Below are positions 51,398 to 61,161 of a DNA stretch of 64,000 bases, piece after piece. Below the pieces are notes generated by a model. The model was not told where the DNA came from and did no database searches. It saw nothing but the letters and a program-made list of their open reading frames with translations. Source of the DNA: Candidatus Latescibacterota bacterium. Its GTDB lineage: Bacteria; Latescibacterota; UBA2968; GCA-2709665. A program made the translations under genes and the position numbers. Position 1 is the first letter of the stretch, and every line of letters starts with the position of its first letter. Location of the stretch: positions 2,400,001-2,464,000 of the forward strand of contig OZ241917.1 of NCBI GenBank assembly GCA_965203805.1. Direction: 5' to 3'.

Positions 51398-52240
51398 TCA
51401 GGCCGAACGCCACGATACCGGAGATTCGCGATCGAGAAGATCGAACAGCATTCGGTTTTCTTCCCGGTAGCGTCCGTACAATTCTCGAACGACGGGTTCG
51501 CTGGGAAGAAAATCGCTCTCGGGCAGGAAGCGCGCCAGAACGCTCGTCAAGGGAGACAGGACCGGGAAGTAATACCGTGCGATCAAGTGTAATCTGCAGG
51601 CGTCGAATCGATTGACCCGCTGCTCCACCCCCGAAAAACGAAAGGAATCGTCGATCTCAAGAAATCTGCAGACCTTTTTCAGGCCGTCGTGCGGGCGCAG
51701 CACGATGTCCTCTTCAAAAAACAGCACCAGAATCTGATCGCGTCTGAATAGATCCAGGTAGGCTGTGAGCAACGTAAAGAACCGGCCCACCTCGAAGACC
51801 CCGAACCCTTCAAGCAGGTCGGTCTTTTTACCCGCCAGCAAATCGTCCATCCGATGCAGCGGAGATATTCGACGGGTCCGTATCAGGTGCTTTACCGCGG
51901 AAACAGCCCGGTCGACGGGATTTTTCAGCGTAACAATCAGTTTCGCATGGGGCAGATGTGTCCGGATATGCCGGTGCACATCGGGCATGTGTCCTTCGCC
52001 GCCCAGTCCGTCCGCCCAGAAATAGTCCGGCGTTTTCTCACCCACACACTTTCTGCTTTCGGCCAACTCGAAATGACTGGCATACCATTCGATACCCTTG
52101 TTGTAATTTCCGGCCTTATCGAAGAAATGGACCTCCCTGTCGGGCATGTACACGTCCGGATGCTGGCGAAGCATGGCAGCCAGCCACGTCGTTCCGCACT
52201 TCTGTGCACCGATAATCAGAAAATCGGGTAATCGAGCCAC
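51398..52240 (-). CDS. Sulfotransferase
   Basis: PDFLIIGAQKCGTT (5'-PAPS loop), GEKTPDY and NPVDRAVS motifs. Confidence 0.92.
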   Translation of the reverse strand: MARLPDFLIIGAQKCGTTWLAAMLRQHPDVYMPDREVHFFDKAGNYNKGIEWYASHFELAESRKCVGEKTPDYFWADGLGGEGHMPDVHRHIRTHLPHAKLIVTLKNPVDRAVSAVKHLIRTRRISPLHRMDDLLAGKKTDLLEGFGVFEVGRFFTLLTAYLDLFRRDQILVLFFEEDIVLRPHDGLKKVCRFLEIDDSFRFSGVEQRVNRFDACRLHLIARYYFPVLSPLTSVLARFLPESDFLPSEPVVRELYGRYREENRMLFDLLDRESPVSWRSA

Positions 52241-52333
52241 TTGAGCATCCTTACAGCCCGTTGATAAAGTCCATCCGGGCTACGTCCGGCCCTTGCGGCC
52301 GAGTTACTGCGTTGCGACTTTTCCAACGGACTG

Positions 52334-53788
52334 CTAACGCCGGATCAGTCCGACCAGGCGCGTCGCCTCCACGGCGGTCTCTTTTGAAAGAAAACGTAGT
52401 GCAAGCGGATAAACCAACACACCCGCGACCACGCAGGATCCGGCCAACGCATAGTCGGAAAGCGCGCCTGTCACCAGCCACTTGTAGACGGCCACCAGCC
52501 CGATCATCAATCCGCTGCCCAGCGCAGCGGGACCCAACGCCTCGAGGTATTCGCCGAACGTAATTCGGGCGAGCCGGTTCACGATGGCCTGCGAGACAAC
52601 CGTCAGGACCAGCACTCCGAGGCTGACCGCCAGCGCGGCGCCCGTTATCCCCCAGCCGATCCCCGTTCGCAGGGCCGCCAGCATGAAGATGGCGCCGCAG
52701 ATATTCCAGATCAGCGCCAGACCGGTGCGCCCCAAGGCGGAGTAGACCAGGCCGGCGGGCGACGCGACAGACCGGAGCGCCCCGGCCGTGCAGAGCACCT
52801 GAAGTACGGCCGCCGCGGGCGCCATCTCCGCCTTGAAAAGCAGCGCCACGCCAGGATCCGCCAACAGGAAAAACCCCGCCATAATCGGGAATACGAGTAC
52901 CGCGACGTACTTCACGGTGGACAGATATGCCCGGCCAAGCCGGACCACGTCGTCCTGGAGAGCGGAGAAAGCCGGAAAGGTGACCTTTGCAATGGCCTGC
53001 ACCACGCGGGTCTGCGGAAATGCGATGAGGCGATACGCCAGTCCGTAGTAACCCAGCGCCTCGATCCCAAGGAACCTGCCTATCAGAAGATAGTCCAGGT
53101 TCTGCTGGACATAGCCGGCCAGCCTCGACCCCGTCCACTTTCCGCCGAACCCGATCAGTACCCTTGCATCCACAACGCTGAAGGACGCTCTCGCATTGAC
53201 GGGGCAGAACAACCATGGGCCCATGCCCAGAACCGCCTGGCGGATCACGTAGGCCCAGACAAGGCTCCACACCTCGTATCCCTGCACAGCCAGCAGCGCC
53301 AAGGTGATTCCGCTTGAGAACGCCGCACAGACATCCAGAATCGCCAGATGTCCGAAGCGGAACGTGCGCTCCATCTGCGCCCGGGGGACGATTCCCATCC
53401 CCACGAAAAGCAGCCCCGAGGCCATCGCCGGGAGAACCGCGGCCACCTGAGCGTCATCAAAAAAAAACTCGCCCAGGAAGCGGGCGGTCAGATAGAAAAG
53501 GGCGGCCAGCGAACAGGAGACGATCAGGCCCATCCAGAACGCCGCGGCCAGGTGCGCCTCGGCCGCATCCCGCTTCTGAATCAGGGCCCGCCCCAGACCC
53601 ATTTCCGCGACCAGTATGCCCACGCCGACAATTGTGGCCGCGGCCACCTCGGTACCGAACGCCCGGGACGGTTCGGTCAGATGCCGTACCGCCAGTCCCA
53701 GCGCGCCCACCTGGATCAGATAGCCGGCGCCCTGCGCCAGGCCGGTCCACGAGAAACCCCGGACGGTTGCGCGACGCAGGTCGGTCAT
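52334..53788 (-). CDS. wzx: Wzx-type polysaccharide flippase
   Basis: RGFSW, GLGRALIQ and DYLLIGRFLG...ALGYY motifs; multi-TM. Confidence 0.88.
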   Translation of the reverse strand: MTDLRRATVRGFSWTGLAQGAGYLIQVGALGLAVRHLTEPSRAFGTEVAAATIVGVGILVAEMGLGRALIQKRDAAEAHLAAAFWMGLIVSCSLAALFYLTARFLGEFFFDDAQVAAVLPAMASGLLFVGMGIVPRAQMERTFRFGHLAILDVCAAFSSGITLALLAVQGYEVWSLVWAYVIRQAVLGMGPWLFCPVNARASFSVVDARVLIGFGGKWTGSRLAGYVQQNLDYLLIGRFLGIEALGYYGLAYRLIAFPQTRVVQAIAKVTFPAFSALQDDVVRLGRAYLSTVKYVAVLVFPIMAGFFLLADPGVALLFKAEMAPAAAVLQVLCTAGALRSVASPAGLVYSALGRTGLALIWNICGAIFMLAALRTGIGWGITGAALAVSLGVLVLTVVSQAIVNRLARITFGEYLEALGPAALGSGLMIGLVAVYKWLVTGALSDYALAGSCVVAGVLVYPLALRFLSKETAVEATRLVGLIRR

Positions 53789-53799
53789 CCGGCCCCTTT

Positions 53800-54774
53800 C
53801 TATACGATCTCCACGCGGGCCAACCGCACGCCGGTCCATACCGCCATCACGACAACACAAAGAAGAATGGTTAAGCTTATCGCGGACGGCACCACGGCCG
53901 CCACGATTCCGCAAAGGGCAAGAAGTCCGCCTGCAAGATGAATACGCCGAACCGCGCCGCGGACGGAATGCCCCATTCTCACAAGCCGCTGCGCCACGTG
54001 ATCGCGGCTGGCTCTCATCACGGGCAAGCCCTTTCTCTTTCTCACGACACACAGAAACACGGCTTCGAAACAGGGAACGCCCAGCACCAGTACCGCGCAG
54101 AGTTCGCCCTGAACGCCTGGCATCGCCCTCGAAATCTCCACCGACATCGCGCCAAGCACAAACCCGGCGAACAGACTGCCGGCGTCGCCCATGTAGACCC
54201 TGGCCGGATGGGCGTTGTAAACCAGGAACCCCAGAAACCCTCCCGCCAGGCTGGCGCCGAGAATCACAACCGGCGCGGCGCCGCCGACCAGACCCAACCC
54301 CGCCAGTCCAATCGAAGCGATAGCGCCTGCGCCCGCGGACAAACCATCCATCATGTCCAGCACGTTAAACGCGTTGCACATCCAGACCAGCCACACTCCG
54401 GTTAGAACGGCGTCGGCCACGATACTTCCGGTTGTATCGAATCGAAGCCCGCCACCAACCGCAACAATGACCGTAAAGATTTGAAACGCAAGCTTTTGAA
54501 AGGGTGATAGCGGCCACTTATCGTCGACGAATCCGATGGCGCCCATGCCAAGCGCGCCGATCCACAGGCCAACGGGAAACGACAGCGGCGCAAAGGGAAG
54601 CAACAGCAGGGTCGCGACCGCAATGGCCACGCCGCCGATCGGTGGCACCGGTTCCGCGCCGTTGGACCCGACTGACTTCAACCACGATGCGCGCAACGCG
54701 GCGGCTCGCAGAAGCGGAGTCAGCAAGAGGGCGGTTCCGAAACCGAAAGCAAGAAATAGAGCGGAGGACAACAC
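53800..54774 (-). CDS. wecA: MraY/WecA family polyprenyl-phosphate GlcNAc-1-phosphate transferase
   Basis: PIGG, GFVDD, NAFNVLDMMDGL, YMGDAGS and RDH motifs. Confidence 0.88.
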   Translation of the reverse strand: MLSSALFLAFGFGTALLLTPLLRAAALRASWLKSVGSNGAEPVPPIGGVAIAVATLLLLPFAPLSFPVGLWIGALGMGAIGFVDDKWPLSPFQKLAFQIFTVIVAVGGGLRFDTTGSIVADAVLTGVWLVWMCNAFNVLDMMDGLSAGAGAIASIGLAGLGLVGGAAPVVILGASLAGGFLGFLVYNAHPARVYMGDAGSLFAGFVLGAMSVEISRAMPGVQGELCAVLVLGVPCFEAVFLCVVRKRKGLPVMRASRDHVAQRLVRMGHSVRGAVRRIHLAGGLLALCGIVAAVVPSAISLTILLCVVVMAVWTGVRLARVEIV

Positions 54775-54801
54775 GGTGAACTTTCTGCACGCGAGCGTGA
54801 A

Positions 54802-55941
54802 TCAGGGCTCGCCGCGAGAATTCCGGCTGTACGGTTGAAAGCTGCGGACAGCGTCGATTACCTGGGCGACGTCTGCGTCAGTCATCGCCGGATACAGTGG
54901 CAGCGTTACCAGTTCATTCCACACCGACTCGGTCACCGGCAGCTTGCATCGATAGGGCTCGTGGATCGGATAAAGATGATTCGGATAGTAATGCACGCTG
55001 GAATCGACATCCCGTCCGTGCAGATGGGCGACCAGATCGTCCCTTTCCGAAACGCGCGGAACATAGGCATGGAAGGCGCTTCGCGCGTACGGCGCAATCC
55101 CGGGCGTCCGAAGCCACGTCAGATCGGAAAACGCCTTATCGTACTGCAGGACGATTTCCCGTCGCTGGGCGTTGGCAGACTCCAGCCTCCCCAGCTGCAC
55201 CAGCCCGATGGCCGCATTCAAATCGTTCATATAGAACTTGTGACCCACCTCGGTCACTTCGTACAACCAGCGCTTCTGTTGCGGACCTGCGGTAAACCGG
55301 TCCCAGGTGCCCTGGGGGATGCCCATCCAGCTCAGCCGCTTGAGGCGCTCGGCCAGTTGGGCATCATTGGTGGTGAGCATTCCGCCGTCGCAGGTCGTGA
55401 GGTTCTTCTGTGCCTGGAAACTGAAACACCCGATTGTTCCCAGTCCGCCGGCCATCCGGCCCTTGTACCGGGCGCCGCAGGCATGGGCCGCATCTTCCAC
55501 AACCGGGATGTTCCGGGACGAGGCGATCTCCAGTATCGGGTCCATGTCGCACGGGTGGCCGCTGTGATGCATAACCATGATTGCGGCAGTTCTGTCCGAA
55601 ACCCGGCGGGCCACGCATTCGGGGTCCAGATTCAGCGTGACCGGATCGATGTCGCAAAAAGCCGGAATGGCGCCGTTCTGGAGAATGGCATGGTTGGTGG
55701 CGACAAAGGTCATGGATGAGGTAATGACCTCGCGGCCCTCCACGTCCAGCACCTTAAGTGCCAGCAACAACGCCGACGAACACGAATTCACGCTGACCGC
55801 AAACGACGTCCCGATATACTCGGCGAACCGCTCTTCAAAGGCTGCGGCCTTCGTGCCTGCCCCCACCCATCCGGACAACATCACCTCCCGGACGGCCGCA
55901 ACCTCCTCTTCGTCGAAACAGGCCCGCCAGATGGGTATCAT
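54802..55941 (-). CDS. DegT/DnrJ/EryC1/StrS family aminotransferase
   Basis: VEDAAHA and FSFQAQKNLTTCDGGM motifs. Confidence 0.93.
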   Translation of the reverse strand: MIPIWRACFDEEEVAAVREVMLSGWVGAGTKAAAFEERFAEYIGTSFAVSVNSCSSALLLALKVLDVEGREVITSSMTFVATNHAILQNGAIPAFCDIDPVTLNLDPECVARRVSDRTAAIMVMHHSGHPCDMDPILEIASSRNIPVVEDAAHACGARYKGRMAGGLGTIGCFSFQAQKNLTTCDGGMLTTNDAQLAERLKRLSWMGIPQGTWDRFTAGPQQKRWLYEVTEVGHKFYMNDLNAAIGLVQLGRLESANAQRREIVLQYDKAFSDLTWLRTPGIAPYARSAFHAYVPRVSERDDLVAHLHGRDVDSSVHYYPNHLYPIHEPYRCKLPVTESVWNELVTLPLYPAMTDADVAQVIDAVRSFQPYSRNSRGEP

Positions 55942-56900
55942 GAAATCTCCTTGGGGCCCGTACGCCTTTGCCGGAAACCAGAGCGGGTCCGACGTTCAAT
56001 GCCTCGCGTCAGTACCTGTCGATACGCCTTCAGCCTTGCCCTGGCCTCCTGACGGAATCCGGGCAATAAAAAGAGACCTCCCCAGAGCAGCGTTCTCAAA
56101 ACCATCTCCGGAAACGTCAGTGCAGCCAGGAGGCGGCCCGCATGATCTCCCAGGTGTTTGTTCATCACATAGAGATGACTCGCCATGCCCTCAACCAGCA
56201 TCCGCTCCTGCGCCTTCTTCGAACTCCTGCCTCCCGCATGGAATGCGCAAGCCTCCGGCAGATAGGCCACGGACCAACCGGCCCTACCAAGCCTGAGGCA
56301 GAGGTCGACGTCTTCATAATACATGAATATCGCGTCGTCCATGCCGCCGACCGCGCCGAAGGCGCTGCGGCGCACAAGGAAACAGGCGCCCGTTACCCAG
56401 CCGACCGAAGCGGGCCCACGGGAGACCCGGCAGCCGAATTTAAGCATTGGAAAAACAAGATGCAACAGGAATTTACGGCAGATTTCGCCAGCCAGTCGAG
56501 GCGCCCCGCCGCAAGACAGGTGCGCTCGACCCCTCCGGCCCACAAGGCGCGGCCCAACCACGCCGACACGGTCGTTGGCTTCGAGATAGTCCAACAGACG
56601 TTCAACCGCATCCGGCGACACGGTCACATCCGGGTTCAGGACGAGTACGTAAGGAGCGGTGGAACCTTCCACCCCCCGGTTGACGCCCCTGCCAAACCCG
56701 AAGTTCCCTCCCATCTCTACCAGCTTCACGCCGTCGCCGAAGGTTCTCAGCGCGTCGGGACTGCCGTCCGACGAAGCGTTGTCCACAACCACCACGTCCA
56801 GTCGAAGCCGGTCTTTAGCTTCGATAAGCGACGCGACGCACCGGAGCAGGTCGTCACCCGCGTTCCAGTTCACCACCACCGCCGTCACCGCCGGTTTCAT
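55938..56900 (-). CDS. GT2 glycosyltransferase (WbbL-like)
   Basis: VVNWN, VDNASSDG, LNPD, GACFL and YYEDVDLC motifs. Confidence 0.92.
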   Translation of the reverse strand: MKPAVTAVVVNWNAGDDLLRCVASLIEAKDRLRLDVVVVDNASSDGSPDALRTFGDGVKLVEMGGNFGFGRGVNRGVEGSTAPYVLVLNPDVTVSPDAVERLLDYLEANDRVGVVGPRLVGRRGRAHLSCGGAPRLAGEICRKFLLHLVFPMLKFGCRVSRGPASVGWVTGACFLVRRSAFGAVGGMDDAIFMYYEDVDLCLRLGRAGWSVAYLPEACAFHAGGRSSKKAQERMLVEGMASHLYVMNKHLGDHAGRLLAALTFPEMVLRTLLWGGLFLLPGFRQEARARLKAYRQVLTRGIERRTRSGFRQRRTGPKEIS

Positions 56901-58299
56901 CCGCCTCTCCATCCAAACGGGCCAGAATGCCAAGAAAACACGCATGCCAGAAGATCAGCCGGTTGCCCATCATCGTATTGTCGGTCAAAATATACACCAG
57001 GAGTGCCGCGTACACTGCAAGAAACGCGGCGCAGAAGCCCTTCTTGTGCGGATCGTCGGTGCGGCGGAACATCCCGTAAGCGATCCGCAGCCCCCGGACG
57101 AATATCCACAGGAAGGCGATCACGCCCAGAATTCCCATACGCATCATGATCGTCAGATAGGTATTGTCGACGCCTCCCGACGTAAAGACGTAGGGCTGCG
57201 AATACTCGTCGACCCTGAGATAGGAAATCGTCGCGCCGTGTCCGCCTCCCAGCACCGGCCGCTCCCGGATCTTCTCGAGGGCCAGCGCATAGGCCAGAAG
57301 ACGCCCCTGGATCTCCAGGTCTCCCTCGGTTACCGTGCGGCGCAGACGATGGGCCGCCATATCCTCGACTCCCGCGCCCGTAAACTGCTGGAAGTAGTAT
57401 CCAAGGCCCAGGAGCAGAGCAGGAATCAGCATCAATTTCAGAAGCCGGCGCCCGCGGTGCCTCCCCCGGTCGAGCAGAACCAGCCCGCCCACACAGAACA
57501 ATCCGAACAACAGGCTGGCCCACATGGCGCGACCCATCGTGACCACCAGCGCAAGTCCGATGGGAACCAGGAGAAGGCCACCCACCGTTCGGCGAACCGG
57601 CGACGTGTCGTAGAGGAACGCCGCCGCGAGAACCAGTACACCCATCGGCAGCAGCAGCCCCTCCCGCCGCGCCACGCGGAAGAACGCACCGGCATAAGAG
57701 AGATCGACGGCGCGGACGAATTCAACCAGGTACTCCACGCCCACGACGGCCGCGGAGACGACCAGCACAGCCAGAAACATCCCGCGTCTGCGCATATCGA
57801 AAAAACCGGTCACGACGAAGAACAGCACGTAGTAAAGCGGATATCGCACATCCCTCAGCATCTGCCGGACGTCCTGACCGTAAAACAGACCCAGCGCCAT
57901 CGATGCCACGACCAGCCCCAGAAAAACCAGCAACGGACGGTCCAGTCGGGTGCGTACCCGGTTCAGCCGTCGTTCCTGCAGCCAGGCGACGAATGCCACA
58001 CCCCACACCACCAGAAACAGCGCCTCGCAGAAATGCAGATTCCCGGGCAACATGAGATGATCTTCGTAGAATTCGGAGGAGATTACGGAGGCGATGAAGC
58101 AGAGATACAGGAGCGCGGATGTGACCGACGCCATCAGCGCGATCCCGGAAACCACGACCAGGCTTACGGTGATCACCGGAATCACCTCGCCGAAACGCCA
58201 GAAGGGCAACGCGATCAGCGCGAGTTGCACGATACAGACGACCGGAATTACCCACCCTTCGCGGATTCTCGCCGTCGACAGGCCCGTAGCCGTTTCCAT
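56854..58299 (-). CDS. O-antigen ligase/polymerase family protein
   Basis: Multi-TM; RAMW, RPVLGGGHG and DNTYL...GILG motifs. Confidence 0.85.
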   Translation of the reverse strand: METATGLSTARIREGWVIPVVCIVQLALIALPFWRFGEVIPVITVSLVVVSGIALMASVTSALLYLCFIASVISSEFYEDHLMLPGNLHFCEALFLVVWGVAFVAWLQERRLNRVRTRLDRPLLVFLGLVVASMALGLFYGQDVRQMLRDVRYPLYYVLFFVVTGFFDMRRRGMFLAVLVVSAAVVGVEYLVEFVRAVDLSYAGAFFRVARREGLLLPMGVLVLAAAFLYDTSPVRRTVGGLLLVPIGLALVVTMGRAMWASLLFGLFCVGGLVLLDRGRHRGRRLLKLMLIPALLLGLGYYFQQFTGAGVEDMAAHRLRRTVTEGDLEIQGRLLAYALALEKIRERPVLGGGHGATISYLRVDEYSQPYVFTSGGVDNTYLTIMMRMGILGVIAFLWIFVRGLRIAYGMFRRTDDPHKKGFCAAFLAVYAALLVYILTDNTMMGNRLIFWHACFLGILARLDGEADETGGDGGGGELERG

Positions 58300-58315
58300 C
58301 GGTCCGCTTTCCCGC

Positions 58316-60043
58316 TCAGAAAAAATTGTAGTCCAGCGTCACGCGCCAGTCATGGGTGCTTCCATCCCCGCGCTTTCCGTCGCGCAGTACGACATTGCCC
58401 GCCCGCGTCAGCCGGTAGGTTGCGGAAAGCACCAGGTCCCGCACAGGCTCGAACACGAGGTCCGCCCCGACGCGGGTACGTTTCTCCACCGTGCCGCTCA
58501 TAAACTTCCGGACCGCCGGGTCCGTCGGACGCCGGCCCCGCAGCGCGTCTCCTCCCACATTTGTCAAGGTACCGTCCGGATGCTCGACATTCTCGCCCTC
58601 CCGAGCACGGTCCAGGCTTACCGACACCGTAACGGCCGGCGACAGCCGGCGCGTTATCCGCGCCCAGAGTCTGTCGGAATTCGGCCCCGTTGGATATCCG
58701 AGCAGGGCGTCGAAATGGGCGTAGGAATTGATGTCGAACCTGTGAGAATACACGTACGGCTCGACGTGCACGAATTCGGCCCGGAAATCCGTATCCCGCA
58801 ATTCGAACGGATCGACCCAGAAAACGCCGACCTGAGTGGCGAGCTTGTTGGAAAAGTCTCCCGGACTGAACTTCCTCAGGTCATCCATCAATAGCGCGAC
58901 ATAGGTCTGGATGCCGTTCGTCGGCCTGAAAGAAATATCGAGCGCCACCACAAGATTGTCCTTGTCCCCCACGGACATCTGCGCGGCCGTCAGCAGCGAC
59001 ACGGGCGGAAGGTACAGAAACTCCAGATTTCGGTCTCCAAAGATCACGGCCTCCTGAAGACCCAGACTAGCTCGCGGGGACAGATCGAACTCCACCCGAT
59101 GGGCGGCAATCGCCTTGGCCCGCTGAAACGTACGCAGGTGGCCGTTATCGATCCGGGTCATTGACGTGTCCACCATGCCCCGCTCCGCCTCCAGGAATCC
59201 CAGAATGTGTTTGAAGCGCAGCCGACGGTAGTTCGCATTGAATCGCAAGATCCCGAAAGACGGCGCGAAAGCGGTCAGAAACAGATTGCCGGTCCGGCCC
59301 GGCCCCCAATCCATGCTGCCTTTTCCCGCGCTGACGTCGAACCAGCGCGTCGCCCAGACCAGCTGAAACGTGGCCTCTCGAAAATCCACGGCATTTCCCT
59401 TGATCTGCACCAGCTCGATCGGACGGGCCAGGATATCCGACCGGGTCCGGCGCCGGAGTGTGCTCCATTCGCGGGCCTCGAAATGGCGAACCCGGAAACC
59501 GATCCGATCACCCACGGTTCCGCGCGCCAGTGCGCCCACGTGCGTCAGCGAGACCGTCTCGTCTTCCCTCTCGCCGCCTCTTAACAGGATCAGCCGCTGC
59601 CGGAAGACCGCGTCCAGCACGACAGATGCCGCCGTATCCTGCCACGAATAGAGAGCATCCGCCAGCCGGTCGAAGGCGCCGGGCCGCGCCGGCGCCGGCG
59701 CGCGGCCCAATCGCACAACCTCCGGACGGAACTCCGCCATGTGTCTGCGGAAGATGCCCTGTTCGGTTTGCGACATGGCGGCCTGCGATTCCGTGTTGCG
59801 CGACACCTGAATCAAGAGCCGGGCGACCTGAAGGCGGGTGTACGGTCTGTCCTGCGACGCCGCGGAGTCCAGCCACCCATTGGCGTCGTACCGGTCGAGC
59901 GACCGATAAACACCGTGAACAAGCGGCACGTCCGGGGTATTGTCGCCCGCGGGTACGTTCCGTGCCAACGATAGAAGTGCGAGCAGGAGAAATACGGATC
60001 TCACGACGTCGCGTCCGGTGAAAACTGAACCTTGATTTGTCAT
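58316..60043 (-). CDS. Capsule assembly Wzi family protein
   Basis: RPYTR, WGPG...LFL, AHRVE, DN and LGYPTGPNSD motifs; C-terminal F. Confidence 0.8.
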   Translation of the reverse strand: MTNQGSVFTGRDVVRSVFLLLALLSLARNVPAGDNTPDVPLVHGVYRSLDRYDANGWLDSAASQDRPYTRLQVARLLIQVSRNTESQAAMSQTEQGIFRRHMAEFRPEVVRLGRAPAPARPGAFDRLADALYSWQDTAASVVLDAVFRQRLILLRGGEREDETVSLTHVGALARGTVGDRIGFRVRHFEAREWSTLRRRTRSDILARPIELVQIKGNAVDFREATFQLVWATRWFDVSAGKGSMDWGPGRTGNLFLTAFAPSFGILRFNANYRRLRFKHILGFLEAERGMVDTSMTRIDNGHLRTFQRAKAIAAHRVEFDLSPRASLGLQEAVIFGDRNLEFLYLPPVSLLTAAQMSVGDKDNLVVALDISFRPTNGIQTYVALLMDDLRKFSPGDFSNKLATQVGVFWVDPFELRDTDFRAEFVHVEPYVYSHRFDINSYAHFDALLGYPTGPNSDRLWARITRRLSPAVTVSVSLDRAREGENVEHPDGTLTNVGGDALRGRRPTDPAVRKFMSGTVEKRTRVGADLVFEPVRDLVLSATYRLTRAGNVVLRDGKRGDGSTHDWRVTLDYNFF

Positions 60044-60177
60044 TTTGAGGTGAATTCCGTCGGAAGTTCACCTTCAGATCTGATCCGGTGACAGCCGGCA
60101 GGCGCCGCGGCCTCCTCGCCGGACCCGACGAAGAGACGCCATCGTCCTGTTCCTTCAAGACTGCGAAAGACCGCCCA

Positions 60178-60205
60178 ATTATACCATAACCCCTGGAATT
60201 GTCAA
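60178..60205 (-). promoter_or_regulatory. Consensus sigma70 promoter of the polysaccharide operon
   Basis: TTGACA-16 nt-TATAAT with TG extended -10. Confidence 0.75.
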
Positions 60206-60253
60206 GCGCACGGCCTCCCTTGTTCAGGCGGTTGCGCGTGTCCCCGAAATCCC

Positions 60254-60282
60254 TTGACTTTGCGAATTCAACCTGCTATTTT
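60254..60282 (+). promoter_or_regulatory. Divergent promoter of the BMC operon
   Basis: TTGACT-17 nt-TATTTT with TG extended -10. Confidence 0.55.
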
Positions 60283-60332
60283 TCGCGTCTTGAATCCGGA
60301 GTCGTCCCCGTTTTCTGTCCCGTAAACGCCCG

Positions 60333-61049
60333 ATGGCACAGACATTCAAACCTGCTTCCGAATGCGCGGACTGCAAGCTGTGCGAACGAGGGCAGCCGGC
60401 CGCGAACGGCAACGGATCGCCGGATATCGCCCGCGTTGTCCGAGAAGTCCTCGGGAGGATTCAGAGCGGAAAAGACGGCCTCCTCGAAATCCCGGTCGGG
60501 GTCTCCGCAAGGCACTGCCACCTGAACCGGGAGGCCATGGACGTCCTGTTCGGGCACGGATCGGAACTCACGCCGTACCGGGAACTGTATCAGCCCGGTG
60601 CGTACGCGGCGGAAGAATGCGTCTCCGTGATCGGGCCCCGCCTTCGCGCCATCGAGCGCGTCCGGATTCTGGGACCCGCGCGGGACTACAATCAGGTCGA
60701 ATTGGCCCGAACGGACGCCATCTTTCTCGGTCTCGATCCCCCTGTGCGGGACTCCGGCGACCTGCGAGGCGCCCAGCGGGTCACTTTTGTGGGCCCTGAA
60801 GGCTCCCTCACCGTACCCGCCGCGATCCGCGCCGCACGGCACCTCCACCTTCGCCCCGCCGACGTTGAAGAGATGGGACTTGCGGGGCGCGGCGACGTTC
60901 GTGCTCACGTCAGCGGCGAAAAGGGCCTTATATTCGAGAATATCAGGCTGAAAATCGACCCCGGCTATTTGCCCGAACTCCACCTGGACACCGACGACGC
61001 CAACGCGGCCGACCTTGTCTGCGGCGGCAGGGCGTTTATCGAATCCTGA
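60333..61049 (+). CDS. pduL: Phosphate propanoyltransferase PduL
   Basis: VSARHCHL, LYQPG, QVELARTDA, RHLH and LHLDTDDANAA motifs. Confidence 0.95.
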   Translation: MAQTFKPASECADCKLCERGQPAANGNGSPDIARVVREVLGRIQSGKDGLLEIPVGVSARHCHLNREAMDVLFGHGSELTPYRELYQPGAYAAEECVSVIGPRLRAIERVRILGPARDYNQVELARTDAIFLGLDPPVRDSGDLRGAQRVTFVGPEGSLTVPAAIRAARHLHLRPADVEEMGLAGRGDVRAHVSGEKGLIFENIRLKIDPGYLPELHLDTDDANAADLVCGGRAFIES

Positions 61050-61161
61050 TACGCTCAGGAACATCAGCCCATCGAATGTCCGGTGCGATGCCGGCCAGCC
61101 GTTTCGCCGATCCGGGCGAGCCAACCGTTCAGGTGAATCGACATCTACCGGGTCGGATTGA

